From contig OZ218951.1 of NCBI GenBank assembly GCA_965112735.1, positions 1,550,001 to 1,614,000 on the forward strand: 64,000 nucleotides of DNA, written 5' to 3'. The position numbers and the translations under genes were made by a program. Origin of the DNA: Phaeosaccion multiseriatum. Its lineage: Eukaryota; Protista; Ochrophyta, other classes. The first letter of the stretch is position 1. Each line of letters starts with the position of its first letter. Positions 1 to 13,320 of the stretch are shown here, one piece after another. The notes under the pieces were generated by a model. It saw nothing but the letters and a program-made list of their open reading frames with translations. It was not told where the DNA came from and searched no databases.

Positions 1-125
1 GGGTCAGAACTGCCAAGGGGGAGGGGGGAGGGGGAGGGGGGAGCACAGCCACGCAAGTCGCGGCCGGGGCTTGACTCCTGCACTGAGCGATCGATCGATG
101 TAGGCGGGCCACTGCCTATTGATTA

Positions 126-169
126 AGCTCTAATATACAGAAACTATAGCTCTAATATACAGAAACTAC
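126..169. repeat. 22-bp tandem duplication AGCTCTAATATACAGAAACTAY x2
   Basis: Visible at 126-147 and 148-169. Confidence 0.9.
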
Positions 170-963
170 AGTTGGCACTGACGATCCAGTCATCCCAGCG
201 CCATGATGAAGGGCTTGAGAGGAGAGCAGCGGCTGCAAGACCTTGAGGGCCTCGGGGGGTGGAGATCATTTATTGACTTAGTGGGGAACATGTAGTAGGG
301 CAGGATCACACTTGTCGAGGCAGCTGCCACCGCCGGCTCTGCAACATTCTCGACACAAGATCACTAGCAAATGAACATTCCTGATCCAAGAGCACATTCG
401 CTTGCTGTCAGCCGTGTGTGCCGCTTGCTACTGGCCTTGCACTTAGCCGGACTCGCTGGGTTATGCCACCCGTCGCTCCGCTGACCCCTCCCCCACTCGC
501 TACGCCGCCCACCTCGCTCCTCGAGACTCCTCCCGCGAGTTTGAGTTTGACTGCATCTCCCCCGCCCCTCCCGCACGCTCACAGTGCCAGCACCTTGCTG
601 CTCTGCGGTTGCTTTTGCCGCTGCTAACCCCGCTCTGCCCCGAGGGGGGCCGGGTAAAGAGCAAAAGCGTCGGAGGGCAAAACTGGAACACTGACACACA
701 ACACTCACAGACCAGGATACTCCCAGAGCTGCTCGTAAAAAATCGATATCGATATCGATATCGATATCCATCCTCCCCGTCAAGCCCCTCCTGCCCTCTG
801 CCCTCGGCCCACCGTCCATCCTTCTCTATACATCCACCCACCCTCCTCTGTGACGGTGGTGTAAGCTCGGACCCTCCACCTCCCTCTCGGGGAGCGCTTA
901 CGTAATGTTAGGTAAGGTGAGTGCAGAGGGGTCAGTTGAGGCGGCTCCATCCAGTGTGTGGCG

Positions 964-3900
964 CTACGTGTAGTCCACCAGGCGCTGAGCGGTGAGAACA
1001 AAAAAATGTCGAGGTGTTCGAGGTGAGAAGTCGAGTGCGTCGATTGAGGAACCGTTGGGGTCGGTCCAGGGGACAGAGGAGAGGGGCACAAGAGAGGGGA
1101 GGTGGCGGGGCGGGTGGTCATCTAAGAGAGTAAGAGGGGAACGAGGGGCACGTTACTTCAGGGCAAGCGCAAACTCAAACGAAAGTGGGTGCCCAAAGTA
1201 CCCCAAAGGACCAGCGGCATACATGCGTGCGTAGGTGGGTGTGCGTGCGTGAGTGTTCGTTTTTGTGCGTGTGCGTGTGTGCACGTGTGTATGTGTGTTT
1301 GTTTGTTTGTGTGCGTGTGCGCGCATGTGTGTGCATGTGTGTGTGTGCGTGTGTGTGTGCATGTGCGTGTGTGTATGTGTGTGTGTTACCTCCGCAGCCT
1401 TCTCCGCCTCATCTGCTAAGCGTTCTTGTGGCACGAGTTGGTGCATCTCTGAAGTCTCTTCGAAGTAGCTCTGCGCACAGGGGGGGGGGGGCGAGGGAGG
1501 GAGAGGGAGGGGGAAGGAGAGGGACAGAGAGGATGAGGCAGAGGCATGTGGGAGAGGGAGGGAGAGGGAGGGGGGATGGACGTTGGGGGAGCAACCCTTA
1601 TACCCTGTACTACCAACCCCTGTACAATGCTTACCTGCACGATGCTGCTGATGACGGTTCTGTTGGAGATGGCCCCTTGCTCCTCTGCCAAGGCGTCGAG
1701 TTTGTCCGCCGCCTCCGCAAGCGCCGTCGGATCGTCCACGTCCCTCCCCGTCATGCCCATGAGTTGCTGCACGTTGATGTCACGCCGCTTGTACACCTGG
1801 TGAAGAGGGAGTGGGGAGGAAGGGAGGGAGGATGGCAGTGGATGGCGAGCAGTTGGAGGTGGTAGTGGATGAGTTGGGATGGCAGAGGAGGGCAAAGGTT
1901 CGACCCTTGTCTCCTCCCCTCCCCTGTTCTCCCGCCCCCCCCCCCTTTCCCTTCCCTTCCCTTCCCCTCCCCTCCCCTCCCCTCCCCTCCCCTCCCCTCC
2001 CCTCCCCTCCCCTCCCCTCCCCTCCCCTCCCCTCCCCTCCCCTCCCCTCCCCTCCCCTCCCCTCCCCTCCCCTTCCCTTCCCTTCCCTTCCCTCCCCTCC
2101 CCTCCCCTCCCCTCCCCTCCACTCCCCTCCCCTCCCCTCTCCTCCACTCATCTTACCGCCTTGACGTCTTCGAGGTCCTTAGGGTTCCAGTGGTCGTCAG
2201 TCATCGCTTCAGAACAAATCTTGACGTGTCGGTGGTGAATGCGATTCTTCCGCTTCTCAATGGCCTGAGTTAGTGAGTCAGTGAGTCAGTCACTCAGTCA
2301 GTCAATAAGTCAGTGAGTCAGCCAGTCAGTGAGTCAGTGAGTCAGTGAGTGAGTCAGTGAGTCAGTCAATGAGTCAGCGAGTCCGAGTCGTCCCGGTGGG
2401 TAAGGGTATTGAAGTACGAGAGAGTATAAACGTATGTCGTGCTCTTCTCTCTCCCCCACCCACCCACCCACCCACCCACCCACCCTCTCACCTGTCTGAG
2501 CAGTACGTCATACTTATGGTAAAAGTCCTGCGTCCTTTGCCTTCTCAGTATGGAGAGCTCCTCTCTACGCTTCATTCGGTCGATGGCGTGCATCAAGGAA
2601 TCCTTGCGGTTACACCCAATCTAAGGGCAGAGAGAGTGGGCATGAGTGGGTGTACGTGGGTGTGAGTGGGTGTGGGCGGGTGTGAGTGAATGTGCCGTGG
2701 ATGTGAGTGTGCATCATTCGGTCGATGGTGTGCATCAAGGAATCCATGCGGTTACACCCAATCGAAGGGCAGAGAGAGAATGGGCATGAGTGGGTATTGA
2801 GTGGGCATACGCATCTCACCATGCACACCCCGCCGGTCCTGTTGAGGTGGAGTGAGCTGCCGTAGCGCAGGAACCTTCATACAGCACAGCACAGCAAACA
2901 AGTTGGTGATCCAGCACAGCACAATAGAGCAGTTGGTGATCCAGTACAGCACAGCGTGCAGGAGCGGACGAGAGACAAGAGGGAGGGAGGGAGAGAGGGC
3001 GACGCAGCGATGCAAAAAAAAATGGCCCTTCCTTCCTACCTCTCTCCCTCACTCACTCACTCACTCACTCACTCACTCCCTCACTCCCTCCCTCCCTCCC
3101 TCCCTCCCTCCCTCCCTCTCTCACTCCCTCTCTCACTCACCCCCCTTTCCAGACGCCCTCGTAGGTCTTGCTGCTCATGGTCATCTTCCTACCCGTCTTC
3201 GGATCATACGCCTCCCTCACATTGCCCCTCCACAGGCTGCCGGGGCCGAAGCGATCGTCGTCGAGGAAGTATCCTTCAAATCTTCATGTCACACCACGGA
3301 AGGTCAGGATATATGAAGGGTTGGGGTGTGATGTATTTAGGGCAGGAGGGAGGAAAGTGGGGGGGGAAGGAGGGGGGAGGGAGGGGATATGTGGGGTTAT
3401 GTAGGGTTATGTAGGGCTATGTAGGGTTATGTAGGGTTGTGTAGGGTTGTGTAGGGTTATGTAGGGTTATGTAGGGTTATGTAGGGTTATGTAGGGTTAT
3501 GTAGGGTTATGAAGGCAGAGTCAGAGAAGCGGTCGATATTACCACCCCACAGAGTAAGCCACCCAATAGCCCCAAACCCATGCCAGCCCCGTCCACCTCA
3601 CGCACGCACGCACGCACGCACGCACGCACTCACTCACTCACGCACTCACGCACTGACTTCCCCCTTCCCTGGCTCACTCACTCATTCCAACACTCACTCA
3701 CGCACTCACTCACGCACTCACGCCCTCACTCACTCCCCCACTCCCTCCCTCACTCACTCCCTCCCTCCCTCCCCCCTTCCCTCTCCCCCTCACTCACTTG
3801 TTCCCTCCAGGAAAGATGCAGGTCCCAAGACCAGCCTTCTCTCCATTCTCCCAATCCCCGACGTACTCGCCCGTCTCCGGATTGCTGCTCCTCCCCTCTC

Positions 3901-6900
3901 CGTGCAGCCCACCGTGCCTCCACGCTCCTTCAAACACCTGCCCCACGATGTCTCTCTCCTTGCCATCAGGTCCATGAAGTTCACCGTCCTTGAAAGTTCC
4001 CGTCTTTGTCTCCCCGAGGGCGTTGCAGTACTCGCCTGGTGGGGGTGGGGGTGGGGGTGGGGGGAGGGAGGGAGGGAGGGAGGGAGGGAGGGAGGGAGGG
4101 AGGGAGGGAGGGAGGGAGGGAGGGAGGGAGGGAGGGAGGGAGGGAGGGAGGGAGGGAGGGAGGGAGGGAGGGAGGGAGGGAGGGAGGGAGGGAGGGAGGG
4201 AGGGAGGGAGGGAGGGAGGGAGGGAGGGAGGGAGGGAGGGAGGGAGGGAGTGAGGGAGGGAGGGAGAGCGGGTTGGGTGTAATGAGGTCACACCTACTCA
4301 TCATACTTACATTTACACTTCAGGCGCACACACGCACATACACGCACATACAGGCCACACACACACACGCACGCACACACACACACACACAAGCACACAC
4401 ACACACACACGCACACACACACACGCACACACACGAACACACACACACATCCATACACACAAACACACACACACACGAACACACACACACATCCATACAC
4501 ACAAACACACACACACACACGCACACACACACGCACACACACGAACACGCTCATACACATACACACAAACACACACATATATATATACGTACCCTGTCCC
4601 TCTATTCTTCCGTTCACCATTTCGCCGAAGTAGGCGGAGCCATCGGAGAATTTGATCTCTACCTCTCCCTGCGGTCCGGTCGTTGAGGGAGGGGAGGGGG
4701 ATGGCAGTGGATGGGGATGCGGCCGAATGCGGTGAAAGGCAAAGAGAAGCGAAGGGGTTGGAGCGGACATGCAGCAGCAGCAGCAGATGCAGCAGTTGGT
4801 GATACAGCAGCAGCAGATGCAGCAGAAGCCGTTGGTGGTATAGCAGACCGGAAACAAATTCAGAAACAGAGTGCAAGGCTTAGAACAGAGGAGGGGAGGA
4901 AGAGAGACAGCATGATCACCCACCACACACCACCACCACCGGTTGGTGATACACAGCAGCAGCAGCAGCAGCAGAGCAATGGCAGTAGCAGTTGGTGATA
5001 CATACCGGTGACGTACTCCTGCCTGCCGCCAACCCAACCCATTCCCAGCCCCCTCACCACTTCACCCCTTCACCCCTTGCCCCCCTGACTCACTCCCTCA
5101 CTCACCTGCAGTACTCCGTCGCCGTATCTATTCTCATGCAGGGCTTGGTCTGGGAAGCGGCTTCTCGGATGAAAGTCTCCTCTAATGTCGTCACCATTCC
5201 CGCAGTGTAAGTGCCCCTCCCCGAACTTGATGCCCCGCTTCACCTCTCCCTCGAAGGCTCCCTCTGTTGAGTACCGCAGGCCATAGCCGTCCTCCTTACC
5301 CTCCTTCCACTGCCCGTGGTAGAGGTAGAGACGATCACCCGCAAAGGGCACCTCTTCTCGCTCCTCCTCCTCCTCCTCCTCCGTCTGCCCCCCATCCATC
5401 CCCGTAGTCGTCGCCAACGCTCCTGTTGCTGCTGCTGTACCCCCAACTGTTGCTGCTCCTGGCGTCGTGGAGCCCGCCCATCCGCCGCCCATATGTATTG
5501 CACGACTACCTTTGCCTCTGCCCTGCTGCTGCTCTATTGCTGCGTCAAGCTCTCTCGTAAGACCAAGCCCCGCCTGTGCCTTCGCAGCAGTAGCAGCAGC
5601 AGTTGGTGATACAACAGCAGCAGCAGCAGTAGCACGACCGGTCGTGCCCCCTGTTGTTGCTGTCTTACCTCCTCCTCCTTCTCCTCCTCCTCCTCCTCCT
5701 CTTGTGCCTGCTCTTCCCTCTGTCCCCCCCTTCCTCTTCCCTCTCGGAGCGTGTCGTCTCCTTACTTGTTTCCTCTGCCCAAAGCCGTGCTGCAGCCTCG
5801 TCACCTCCACCCCTCGCATGTTGGCGATGAAGTCCGTACACCGCGGAAGGTAGGGCTTGCTTCCGTCGGGCACTTCGCCTCGGCCGACCCAGGTGGGCTG
5901 AGCGTCAACGGCTACAGCGAGCTGTAGAGAGGGATGGACCGGGGTTCAGGGAGAGGGGTTAGGGGGTAAACATATTGACTTACTGGAAGGAACCAACCTA
6001 ATAAGTACGTAATCGTGTGTATGTGTGTATGTGTGTGGGTGGGTGGGGAATGAAGGGAAGAGTGGGTGGGGGTGAGTATGGAGAGAGTGAGGGAGCGCGG
6101 AGAGATTGGGGAGTGGGTGCGATAGAGAGAGAGACATACACACACATACACATATATGGATACACCCACCCACCCACACACACCCACACACACACACACA
6201 CACACACGCCCACCTTGATGCCGGGCCAGTCCATCTTCTTAACGAGAAGGTCCTCAATGCCGTCGGCGAAACCAAACAGGATCTTCACAAAGAAGGAGCG
6301 CACACCGCGAGTGGGATCCTCGCTGGCCTGGTGATAGGGAAGGGAGGGATGGATGGCAGTACATGGCAGGGGACGCGGGGGAGGGGAGAGGTGAGAGGGT
6401 TTGGGTGGGTGGCTGTTTGGGTTAGTGACTGGTGGGTGTTAATGTGTGTGTTGCTGTCGACAGATAGGTAGACAGATAGATGGATAGATAGGTTGGTAGA
6501 TTGATAGATGGATGGATAGATGGATAGACAGAGAGATACATTGGTAGATACATAGATAGGCAGATACGTGCATGCCAACATACCACTTCGAGCTGAATGC
6601 CGTCGGACCTCGCGTCTCCGTCAATCTTGGCGAGGTAAGCCTGCAGCTCCTCCAGCTCAGTCTCCTTCTCGTCCTGGTGATATAGTGAAGGGAGGGCCAG
6701 TTGTGAGGAGGACAGCGCCAAAGGGCGACAAGCTTGACGGGGGATTTGGTGTGGGGGGTGGGGGGTGGGAGTTCGGAGCTGAGGGTGCGGTTGTGGGGAG
6801 TGACCGATCTGGTCTAGTCTACCAATATCAAACGCATCGAAACACGCAGAGAACATCGACATCGATGGCTACCTTTCCATTTGACCCTCTTTACCTACCT

Positions 6901-8114
6901 TCCTTTGCGTGAGGTCAGCGTACATATCCTCTCTCATCTTGACGGCAATTTCCTCAGCGTACTCAGTGACTTCATTGGTCATCCCCCCCACCGTGCCGAA
7001 CTTTGCATATCCGACTCGCGACAGCCTGTGAGCCAGCTTCTTGCACTCCACTTTCAGAGCCTCGATGGCCATTTTCACCTGCCGAGGACAGCGCCATGCA
7101 TCATGAGAAGAGGGGTTGGGAGTGGGGTGGGGGTGGGGGGGGGGGGGGGGGGGCGTGGGGGGGTTACTCTTTTGTTCACTTGTTGTGTCCAAAAGGTTGG
7201 CGTGTTACACACTAGGAAGAAAGGAGATGTCCCAGTATCTACATTGAGTGTGTACATATCTACATTTGTAGTAGATAGAGAGAGGATGTCTCAGTATCGA
7301 GATAGTATAGACAGAGAGAGATGTGTGTAGGAACAAAAGGCCCGCCTGACCCCACAGCTCCACACCACCAGCACACAGCCCACACACCTTCCACAACAGT
7401 CCACACATTCCACACATAGTCCACACACAGTCCACACACAGCCCGAGCGACGTGGGTGCGTGCATGCGTGCTTAGAAAGCGGGTGACTTCGTCAGACAGG
7501 CAGTGGGGTCACAGTCATCACAGCCAAGCCGGCAGCACCCACACCCCTTCCCCTCCGCCCTCTCCCTCCCTCCCTCCCTCTTTCCCCCCCCTCACCCTCT
7601 CTGTGACTGTACCTCATCGATTTCCGCGTTCTCCTCCAGCGCCCCGAATCGGAGCCACTCCTTCAAATCCGCGGCAGTGACTTCGTACCCAGCCCCCGAG
7701 TCAACAAACATGGGCACGTTACGTAGCGTGAATCGCAAGTCGCCGTGGTAGCTCTGGTCATCCGCTGCATCCGTGACCGCGCGTCTCTCCATGGGCACGA
7801 CAATGTAGTCCCAGGGAGCCTTGAGACACCGAGTCTGCATCTCTTCCAACCATACCACTTCCTTGGTTTTGTGCTCCTGCACGTGGTCTGGTGTGACGGG
7901 GTAGCGGGCCTTGCGGCAAAGGTCACGGATGAACTCGGGCGCTATCTTTTTACGCGGGATTTTCCAAGCACAGCTGATATTGGAGTTGAGGAGAGGGGCG
8001 GGGAGCGGGCGGCAAGGGGGGGTAGAGGAAAGCAAAGACAGACAGACACATACAGAGAGAGAGAGAGAGGGGGGGGGGGGGGTGAGGCTTTCCTTTCTGG
8101 CTGTGATCTCATTC

Positions 8115-8157
<43 letters not shown>

Positions 8158-8777
8158 ATCCGGAATAAAAAAGGAGCAGACTAGATGCCACCCAAGAGGT
8201 CTCGGGGCATGCCCTCTGTTCTGCATGAGGCTTTGCAACTCAGAGACAAGGGCAACAGCCCCTTGCCTGCCCGGAGGAGAGTTGGCGCGCAGAGCCACGG
8301 CCCCCCAAAACAAAGCACCACCCTTTGTCCTCTTCCCTCCCTTTCCAGGCATGGGATTGTGCCCGGTCCCTACTCTCTACATAGGCATCCGCCCACTCTA
8401 CTAACTGCGCTGTACTGCAGTACTTTAGGACCGGGCAGATCCCCTCCGCCCTCCTCTCTACTGTGCTGTGTACTGTAAGTGCATCCGCCCTCCATTCTCT
8501 CTCTCTACTAACTGTACCGTACTGTAGTATATTGTACCTTAATTAGATGTGCTGTGTACTGTACCTACACTACCTCTGTATTACCTTACTGCACTCACCC
8601 GTTTGGCGTCTCGCCAAAGTCGTCCACGAGGCGCAAGTGGATCTCCTCATTCCACCACACCTTCTTCTTGTCCGCTTCTTGCTGTATCGCCTTAAGGGTC
8701 TTCCCTGGCATTCCAATGGTTCCTTTGGTCTCATTGATCTGCGAGCGCATCAGCGCAAGCTCGCTGACGTCCCCCAT
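964..8777 (-). CDS. MORN-repeat-containing protein, about 15 exons; last exon tentative
   Basis: Phase-consistent GT-AG exons: 8777-8599, 7973-7613, 7078-6899, 6673-6584, 6327-6214, 5921-5106, 4668-4593, 4035-3798, 3281-3141, 2874-2820, 2620-2492, 2264-2157, 1796-1635, 1470-1390, 984-964 (RLVDYT*). MORN-like units: [70 protein letters not shown]. Confidence 0.85.
1947..2137. repeat. (CCCCT)n/(CCCTT)n microsatellite, intronic
   Basis: Directly visible. Confidence 0.95.
2573..2795. repeat. About 80-bp direct duplication of an intron/exon boundary in the MORN gene
   Basis: CATTCGGTCGATGG.GTGCATCAAGGAATCC.TGCGGTTACACCCAATC.AAGGGCAGAGAGAG at 2573 and 2715. Confidence 0.9.
3391..3510. repeat. Intronic 10-bp minisatellite (GTAGGGTTAT) x12
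   Basis: Directly visible tandem decamers with few variants. Confidence 0.95.
4062..4265. repeat. (GGGA)n microsatellite, intronic
   Basis: Directly visible. Confidence 0.95.
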
Positions 8778-9731
8778 GGTTGCACAGCCTTGGTAAGGGG
8801 GGCAGAAAACACTGACGATTTCCTGTCTGACTAAGCGCAACGCCAGCACCCTTCCTTCAAGTAAGAGAGCTGCTTCTGCCCGAAGAATGCTCCATTGTCT
8901 CTCCCTTCAACGAAAGCAGACGACTCTGGGGCTGGGCGATGGGCAGTTGAAAGAGGAATTGTCAATGAAAAAAAATTGGACTCGACACCGAACCCATGAG
9001 GTATCGATTTTCGACGTTGGGATAATTGATAATTGATTGTGGGAATAGTGAGAGCGCTGTGTGTAGAACCTGTACACAAAGAGGCTGAAGGGCTGCGGAA
9101 TCTACCTACCTATTCTCCCAACCCATCATTTCCCCCCAGCCATCTGATCGGCGGCGAGCGGAAGCTGGGGAAGGCTGCGTTAGAGAACACCTCAGAGAGG
9201 GGAAGAGAACGAGTGTACCGCTTTCGACCGACGGAAAGCAGTAGCAACAGCGTGAGCAGCATCAGTAGCAGCCTTTGTGCGGGTTCACGAAGATACACCG
9301 TGAGTTGTGGGAATAGACATACATCGGTGAAAGGACCGCGAACAGCGACGACAGTAAAATTGCAGCGGGGACTTCCCCCTTCGCTGCGCGTGACCACCAC
9401 GATCACCAAGTGAGCGGACTAGCTCGCACCATCCTAGGGACGAGGATCTTCACCCCTCATTACGGCGAGGTCGCTGGCTCGGACCAAGAGCCACTATCAG
9501 CGAAGTATCTCGCTCCCTCGCCCACCCCGACCTCCCCTTTGATACGTGGAGGGCCGCAGACCCATCGGGGGCCCTCTCCTGCTGCTATCCTTCCCTCGGC
9601 TCTGCGTTACAACAGAGGGAAAGGGGGCGGGATTTTTGTGGGAGGCTAGAGGCGTCATCTCGTCTCGTCTCGTCTGTGAGGAGACGAGAGGCCGGAGAGA
9701 GACACGTGGGCCAGCAAGGAAGGACGGGGGG

Positions 9732-12355
9732 ATGGGTATTATTGAGCGGAGAGACAGCGACGCCTCAACAACAACCGCGTACAGTAGTAGTAGTAGCGGC
9801 AGCAGCGAGGGAAGTACAAGTAGAATGCTCGCGGCCCATGGGAGGAGGAGTAGTATGGACATGTTGCCCAACGAGCTACGCCTCCTCATTGAACAAGAGC
9901 GGGCGAGGATGCGAGAAAAGCGGCGGAAAATCACTCTGCTCCAGCAGCCCATCACCACTCTTCGTCTCTTCGGCAACGTCTTTGGCGACTGGTGTCGCAC
10001 TACTTTACACATGATGGCCACCCACCCCTTGACGGTCTTCCTCCTCTTTCCCCTCTTCATGCTCTGGATAGTGCTTGAGGTGGTGGAGAACCCTTACCGC
10101 GCCCCCATTGATGAGGCGGAGAAGTGGATTGCATTTGCCGTGTGGTGGATTGGCTTGGGCATCATTTCTTCCGTGGGCCTGGGCACGGGAGTGCCCACCG
10201 GGGTCCTCTTTCTGTTCCCGTACATTATGAAGGTGGGTGGGTGCGTACGTGGGTGGGCGCGTGCATGATGGTATGGTAGGAGACAGTTGGAAGGCCAGTT
10301 GGAATGCATGCTATCAAGGACATGGTATAGCCAGTGGTGGTCGTGCTGCGTGTGCTGCCCGCGAAAGGGCCTTGTGTACACTGACGGACGGACACTCACT
10401 CACTGACACGATGAGAGACGTCTTGTTGTGTCACTCAGAGTGCCCCTTCTCGCCCTCCTTCCCTCCCTCCCTCCGTCTCCCCCCTTATCTTCCTCCCCAC
10501 CTCATCACCTCCCTCCCTCTCCAGAACTGCCTTGCTGCTCAGGAGTGCGGCACACTGGCTTTCGAGGCCCGTGGGGACATGTGGTTCCGGCAGGACGAGG
10601 CTCTCTTCAGCTGTCCTGACACTGTAAGTCAACAAAACCCCGACGACTTCTCCTCGGACGAAGCTCTCGGTGAGACAGAGGCAGCAGCAGCCGCAGCAGC
10701 AGCAGCGGCGGCAGCAGCAGCGGTGACCTTCTGGAGTATTATCTGGAAGATATACCCGGCCTGCGTCCTGTGGGGCACGGGAACTGCGGTGGGCGAGATC
10801 CCGCCCTACGCCCTGAGCCGTGCTGCCCAACTCGCCAGACTGGCGGGGGAGGACATTGAAGGCGACAGCGAGTTCAAGGTGCGTAGTAAGTCCATGGGTG
10901 ATGGTGCCTAGTAAGTCCATGGGTGGGGGTGGGGAGTGAAGCGCGAGGGAGGTGTGGGGAGAGGGGAGGCGGTGGGTTGGGTAGTAAGCCAATGAATGGG
11001 CTTAGCGAAGCGAGGCTGGGGTTGGGGGTGAGGATTTGGGGGGGGGGGGGCAACGGGTGGGCGGCAAGAGAGATGAGGGGAAGGGAGGGGGGAGGGGGGT
11101 GGGTCTCTTCTGTGAACTTAGCTTACCGCAAATTTCCGCGCTTGCCTCTTGCTCTTGTTGCTGCTGCTGCTGCTGTTGTTGTTGTGTTGCTGCTGCTGCT
11201 GCTGCTGCTGTTGTTGTTATTATTGTGGTTGCTTGTTGTTATGGTTGTTGTTGCTTGTTGTTATGGTTGTTGTTGCCCCCCCTCGTCTCGGGCAGGAGCT
11301 GGCAGAGGCCGATGCTGCAAACGTGGGGCGGTGGGACGTCGTCAAGAGGATGAAGATGTGGATGATTTGCTTCCTGGAGAGGTAGGTGGGAGGAGGGTTG
11401 ACTGTGACCATGCCACACAGCACATATGGTATGGTAACACTTATTTGGCTCCAAAAGAGGCGAAAGAGGACCGCACTTGGGTGTCTCTTCCTTCTCTCTT
11501 CCTCTCTGCCTCCCTCTCTCTCTCTCCTAACCCCCACGTTCGAACTCTCTCTTTCTTTTCGCTCTTTCTCTTCCCCAACCTCCCCACCCCGTCCCTCTCC
11601 CTCTCTCCCGTCTCTCTTTCTCCCCCCTCCCCGATGCACCCTGTACCCTCAGATACGGTTTCACTGGAGTGTTTCTCATGGCGGCGTGGCCCAACATGGC
11701 CTTTGATTTGTGCGGTATCTGCTGTGGCCACTTTCTCATGCCGTTTTGGACCTTTTTCGGGGCAGTCTGGCTGGGAAAGGCCGGGGTGAAGGTGATGGTG
11801 CAGGCTATCTTCTTCACGATGCTCTTCTCCGACAACCATCTCGGGGCATTCGTTGACATGGTGTCGAACCTCACCCCCTCGGACTGGAGGGTGGGCCCCC
11901 TCCTTCACAAAGTGCTGAGGGATGGCAAGGCGCGCTTTCACAACAAGCAGCAGCAGCAGCAGCAGCAGCATGTAGCAGCCGCGGAGGGCGAGGAGGGACT
12001 TTTGGGGGGTGTGGGTGTGGGTGTGGGCGGTGTTGGCGACGGAGCGGATGAGGAAGACGATGGGATGGGCAAGGTGCTCGCGCAGCTCACGGCGGCGTGG
12101 AAGGTGGTAATGTTGTCCTTCATTCTCGGCTTTGCGGTGTCGTGCGTGAACCAGTTCGCGCAGAGCAAGGCGAGGGCTCTGGATGAGGAGCAGATTAGCA
12201 ACATGAAGCAGGAGGGAGTTGCAGCTGCAGCAAGAACAGCAGCAGGAGCGAGCGCCGGGGGGGGTGAAGGAGCGGGGGAGGCTGCAGCAGACGATGCCGT
12301 ACCACCAACTGCTCCAGCAGAGGCTACCGATACGCTCACAAAGAAGCACAACTGA
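9732..12355 (+). CDS. VMP1: Vacuole membrane protein 1 (VMP1/KMS1, DedA-family ER scramblase), 4 exons
   Basis: Exons 9732-10232, 10525-10878, 11296-11381, 11653-12355. Signatures WWIGLGIISSVGLGTG, WGTGTAVGEIPPY and PNMAFDLCGICCGHFLMPFWTFFGA. Start Met uncertain. Confidence 0.92.
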
Positions 12356-13320
12356 GCGAGCTAGGGTAGAGCGAGTGGTTCGTATACGATTGAGGGCAGC
12401 TGTACGTCACGGCCCCCGCCGAAGCGGGCACCTGCCGCTGCCTCTGCCGCAGAGGTCGGTACCCTTGTGCTTCCCTTCCCGGCCACCACGGAATGGCGAC
12501 ATTGGGCATTGTACATTGTGCCAGGGCGGAGGGAGCGTTGCTGAACAAAGATCATGCGCTGAGGGCTTTGGCTGTCCAGGGCTGTGCAGAGCCTGTGTGA
12601 GGCGCCCTCCCCCCAACACACACATATGCTCCGCTGGACTTGTCTTCTCGGGCGGAGAGAGAGAGAGAGGGAGCCACACGCGGCAAGGTCACGTCGAGGT
12701 TGCCATCAGTTGCCATCGAACAGCGAACACACAAGGGTAGGCACGCCCTCGCAACGCCATCCGCCGCCTTCAGCTGCCATCCGGATGCTGGTGGAGACAT
12801 GGCCTCGTCTTGGCTCTTTCCTCGGGTGGGATGCCAAGGTCGTCTTACTCACGGGCCCGATGCACGGCGCACACACAATGCCTCAGTGGTGCCTATGGGG
12901 ACCTACGGGGCTGAAGTTGGTAATACAGTCGGACTAAAGGCTTGTTTCTGTGTTCCCTCGGCAGCATACATAAGCATTGGGGTAAATACAGTATTTAGTA
13001 TTTACAAAAGAGAGAGAAAATGGCACTCGAGCTGCTGGTTGGTGGATGGCGTGCCGTCGCACCACCACCACCTTTTTGCTTGCCTGTGAGCCAAGGGAGG
13101 TAAGGGAGGAAGAAAGATGAAAAAGAAAATGGTTGGGGTGGGGCCCGGCACATTTTAAAAGATAAAAAGGTCTTGCTCGAAGACGATCGGCCTCCACGCC
13201 AACCAAAGACTGAGGTGGACGAGCACCGCTTCCTCGTCGTCGTCGTCGTCGTCGTGCTCGATTCCATGGCTCAGACCATCGCTATAGCCCGCCACCTTCC
13301 CATCCTGGCATCTCTCTCCA

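Noticed and set aside
742-768. Self-complementary (ATCGAT)n run
   Set aside because: Short hexamer slippage product with no supporting context.
1185-5037. Many ORFs of GREG/PSLP/CVCV/HTHT type
   Set aside because: Stop-free microsatellites inside MORN-gene introns.
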